From assembly GCF_040938485.1 (NCBI RefSeq), contig NW_027271725.1, forward strand, positions 1,612,001 through 1,676,000: a DNA stretch of 64,000 nucleotides, in the 5' to 3' direction. This stretch comes from Diadema antillarum (Eukaryota). Within the stretch, counting starts at the first letter, position 1; every line of letters starts with the position of its first letter. Positions 62,421 through 64,000 of the stretch are shown here, in pieces. Both the position numbers and the translations under genes were made by a program. The notes beneath the pieces are model-generated. The model saw only the letters and a program-made list of their open reading frames with translations, made no database searches and had not been told where the DNA came from.

Positions 62421-64000
62421 GATGTAAATATGTGTAATCATTTATATTCATTTGTAATTGGATTGAAACGAACATGAATACAAAATGCGATCAGATTCAC
62501 GACAACATGAAATCAATATATAGACTAAAATTTTAATTATTTGTGTAAACTCAGCACATTGGGCACGAGGATACTTCCTTGATTACTCAGTGCTTTGCAG
62601 TCATTGTTTGAGCGATAAAACGTGGGGGATATGCGACTTTCAACGAGCTAACCAAACAGAACAGAACGAAAGTTTACTTTTTCGTTGTTTTTTTTTTTCT
62701 GGACTGTGAAAAGATTCCTACCCATGCGGGCTTTAGGATGAAAATAGTTTCCATGATATGATAAGGAATCATCGCAATCAGGATATCCTGAAAATTAATT
62801 TGTCATACATTCGTGGGATCACTGTTTGCGATGTGAGTTAAAACCGCGTCAGCTGTTTTCTTTCTAATGCAGTAATGTCTTGGTCTCTCAAAGTAACCTC
62901 AAGTTTCAAACGAAACATAATTCTTGAATGTTTCTCGAGATTGAAGTGAAAATCCGAATTTTCCCTGCCAATCAGTCAACATTTCCAAAATTTTTTGTGT
63001 AAAGTCACCAAATAAAGATTCGATTGCATTGTTATCAATCATCTCCCTGACACATTAAAGCCACGAAGCAAATATGGAAATCAACAGTATTTGACTGTAA
63101 GGCTTTATGGAAGCAGTATTTCTTTCGATGGAAATAAGCATAGTTTGATAGTTTCCGACAGAAATCAATGTAAATCGGGTAAATGCATTTTAAAGGCCAG
63201 TTTTAGACCGGATTTTGTCTATTCGTACTTGCTACACAGAGCACATGCATGCTGAAATCTTTGATATTTTTGATGAAAAAAAGAAATAAGTGATTACATT
63301 TTACAACACGCTTAGAGCTTCATTCCATCATAATTCATCGCGATCTAGTGGGTGATTTCTAGCAAAATCAAGTTTTGATTACGCATTCAGCAGGGTAGAG
63401 TAGCCAGTATTATTTTGCCTCAAATCAGGTTATGTCTTTCGACTGTCTAAAAATATATAAGTAATCTGGTTTTAACTGCTTTATTGGACGGTCATAAAGC
63501 AAAAAGAGTGTATATCACACAAGGGTGATGTTAAAGATCCGCACGTGATTGGAAAGCGTAGAGGCACAAAATTTCATATCTTTATTTCACTGCTCACTGT
63601 TATGCAGTAGTCACCCTTTGAATCAATTACAGCAATATTCAACAGTTCACTTGTAATTATGATAAACTTCAGACCCTTTGAGATAATGTCCCTTCTTTTC
63701 TGTTTACGTCAACTTCTTGAAATCTTGCCATAAAGCGTTAAAAAGCTCTCCACGACTTGTGGAAAACGCGAGAATTTTTCAATTCATCCTGAGGTCACCT
63801 AGTTTTATGTATATTGCTTGTCACACCGGGCAGAAATTTCCCGGAACCAGAGGTCAAAGAACTCTGTATAGGCAATGCACGCATCGGATAAAAAATGGCC
63901 TCCTCCGCAGAGGAGCGAAGTCTCACCAATAGTAACGACCTTGACATTCTAGATCCGTCTTCCATGTAAATGGTCGGAGGTTCAAAAGTGAATATTTTAT

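Noticed and set aside
24000-64000. Conserved microRNA genes
   Set aside because: A by-eye check for common bilaterian and echinoderm mature sequences gave only partial seed-like matches without hairpins (e.g. TAGCACCATG near 46482). A miRBase/MirGeneDB search would be needed to exclude them fully.

Overview
This is draft-assembly DNA from an intron-rich animal genome, with three N gaps. The repeat and SINE make-up suggests a marine invertebrate deuterostome, probably an echinoderm (inference). The first ~23.6 kb holds three spliced housekeeping genes, which I reconstructed exon by exon. SIRT6 is on the minus strand with 8 coding exons, the last running off the left edge. CCDC124 is on the plus strand (4 coding exons, 225 aa), head-to-head with SIRT6. 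RSL24D1 is on the minus strand (5 coding exons, 165 aa), convergent with CCDC124. In the remaining ~40 kb I recognise no host protein-coding gene. It contains non-autonomous DNA transposons (piggyBac-, Kolobok-, Tc1/mariner- and Harbinger-like MITEs, plus a foldback-type element), a tRNA-headed SINE, an L2-type LINE 3' fragment, CR1-type tails, microsatellites and many CpG-rich islands that look regulatory. I found no clear new protein-coding system. The most unusual items are (1) three tandem ~95-nt units just after the RSL24D1 stop codon, with conserved hairpin arms and variable loops, (2) a MITE inserted inside a SIRT6 5' splice site, (3) a CpG/TACATGTA compositional boundary with a CTCF-like motif near it, and (4) speculative plus-strand micro-exons in the gene-poor region. 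Comparisons to human exon sizes are from memory and should be verified.
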